The notes under the pieces were generated by a model, which saw only the letters and a program-made list of their open reading frames with translations, was not told the DNA's origin and made no database searches. The translations under genes and the position numbers were made by a program. Below are positions 14,742 to 15,882 of a stretch of DNA of 15,882 nt, in pieces. Source of the DNA: Sulfurihydrogenibium sp. (lineage in GTDB: Bacteria; Aquificota; Aquificia; Aquificales; Hydrogenothermaceae); the NCBI GenBank assembly GCA_037442825.1, contig JBBIPN010000028.1:1-15882 (forward strand). The letters are read 5' to 3'. Numbering within the stretch: position 1 is the first letter of the stretch; each line of letters starts with the position of its first letter.

Positions 14742-15550
14742 CAGTATAACCACATAGCTAATTTTTTTCTATATTCTTTTGTAAGTGAATGAGATTCTCC
14801 AAGTAATGTAAATATTGCTACCATGGCTTTCCTTGCCCCATCATCCTTATAATTTCTATCTTTTTTAACAACTTCTAAAAATAGTTTTAAAGCTTCTTCA
14901 AAATTTTCTTCAACTGCAAAACAAGCTGCTTGAGCATATAACATTCCAACTTCTGAATCTGCATTTTTTTCTTCACAATCTTTTTTAAGTTGGATAAACT
15001 CTTTCAATGCTACAGCTTGAGAATAATATTCTTTATCGTACTCTTTTACTTTATTTAGAATTTCCATAGCTTCTTCTAATTTGTTCATTTTTATTAAAAA
15101 TTTTGAAGCTTCTATTATTAATTTTTTATTTTCAGGATATTTATTAATGGCTTCTATAAAAAGTTTATAAGCTTCTCCTCTATTCCCAGAAAGAGTAAGT
15201 ATTTTTGTTTCTTCTATGATTTTATCTGCTTGAGATTTTATATATTTACTGATTATATTTCTAACTTGACTTTCTGGAAGTGCACCTACAAATTTATCTA
15301 CTACTTTACCATCTTTTATAATTCTAACATCTGGGATACCATGAATTCCAAACTCTTGAGCTATATCAGGGTTTTCATCAGTATTAACTTTTGCAAGTAT
15401 AAAACCAAATTCATTAGATAATTTCTCTAAAATAGGTTTTAACGCTCTACATGGACCACACCATGGAGCCCAAAAATCTATTACAACTACATTTTCATAA
15501 GATTTTTCCATAACCTCAGAGAAGTTATCAGATGTTACATCTATTATCAT
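14741..15550 (-). CDS. cnoX: Thioredoxin-TPR chaperedoxin (CnoX/YbbN family)
   Basis: Thioredoxin domain with DFWAPWCGPC and cis-Pro motif GIP, TPR-like helices, and C-terminal DDGARKAMVAIFTLLG...YRKKLAMWLY matching the YbbN terminus. RBS AAGGAG upstream (15563-15558). Confidence 0.9.
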   Translation of the reverse strand: MIIDVTSDNFSEVMEKSYENVVVIDFWAPWCGPCRALKPILEKLSNEFGFILAKVNTDENPDIAQEFGIHGIPDVRIIKDGKVVDKFVGALPESQVRNIISKYIKSQADKIIEETKILTLSGNRGEAYKLFIEAINKYPENKKLIIEASKFLIKMNKLEEAMEILNKVKEYDKEYYSQAVALKEFIQLKKDCEEKNADSEVGMLYAQAACFAVEENFEEALKLFLEVVKKDRNYKDDGARKAMVAIFTLLGESHSLTKEYRKKLAMWLY

Positions 15551-15662
15551 ATCTTATCTCCTTTTATAATTTTATATTAATAATTATTATAGCTTAATGA
15601 AAAAGAATTTAGTTTATAATTCTAAAGTTTAACATGTATAAACAATTTATGCATTCTTATAG

Positions 15663-15882
15663 TTAAAACAATTAGTTTTAGATATAATAAACGATAAATC
15701 AGATTTAGATATAAAGGTATCCCGATTTATAAATAGTTTAGCTAAGTTAATTATCGAAGTAGGTAAGTTAATTGGTTTACCTGTAGGATTAACAGGTGGT
15801 GTATTTCAGAATAAAGCACTTTTAGAAAAAGTTTTAGAATTATCTGAAAAGGAAAAAATAAAAATCTTACTACATAAAAATG
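15663..15882 (+). pseudogene. hypF: 5'-truncated remnant of [NiFe]-hydrogenase maturation carbamoyltransferase HypF (C-terminal segment; continues past the window edge)
   Basis: Hand translation: LKQLVLDIINDKSDLDIKVSRFINSLAKLIIEVGKLIGLPVGLTGGVFQNKALLEKVLELSEKEKIKILLHKN. RFxNSLA and VxLxGGVFQNxxLL are HypF C-terminal signatures. In-frame TAG at 15660-15662, no ATG in the frame, and only about 110 bp of upstream space. Confidence 0.78.

Noticed and set aside
15230..15421. 63 aa plus-strand ORF
   Set aside because: Antisense to the thioredoxin domain of cnoX.
15634..15666. Short ORF MYKQFMHSYS that could frameshift into the hypF fragment
   Set aside because: No RBS, no canonical slippery heptamer before its TAA, no HypF-like residues, and the product would still lack the catalytic domains.
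1..15882. CRISPR arrays, tRNA/rRNA genes, IS elements, prophage or defence genes
   Set aside because: Nearly all of the window is protein coding; no spaced direct repeats, GC-rich structured RNA segments, or transposase, integrase or nuclease motifs were seen by eye.

Overview
Strongly AT-rich, gene-dense bacterial chromosomal region, most consistent with a thermophilic Aquificota (Hydrogenothermaceae, Sulfurihydrogenibium-like) genome; this taxonomy is inferred from recalled protein similarity, not a search. Left, minus strand: an alpha-glucan operon of an NDP-sugar pyrophosphorylase fused to a catalytically degenerate phosphohexomutase domain, a GH57 amylopullulanase-like enzyme, and a GH57 4-alpha-glucanotransferase-like gene that runs off the window and is missing from the ORF track. 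Divergent from it, plus strand: mtaD, a MacA-like adaptor with a LolC/E-like permease and ATPase, then motA, motB, a FliJ-like gene and a MotE/FlbB-like gene. Right, minus strand: a translationally coupled four-gene operon of cnoX/ybbN, lolA, an unknown 2-TM protein and an atypical kinase with Glu in place of the catalytic Asp. At the right edge is a start-less C-terminal hypF remnant, also missing from the ORF track. No RNA genes, CRISPR arrays or mobile elements were seen. The region is mostly housekeeping; the best candidates for poorly described biology are the pyrophosphorylase/pseudo-mutase fusion, the cnoX-lolA-TM-kinase operon and the hypF relic.
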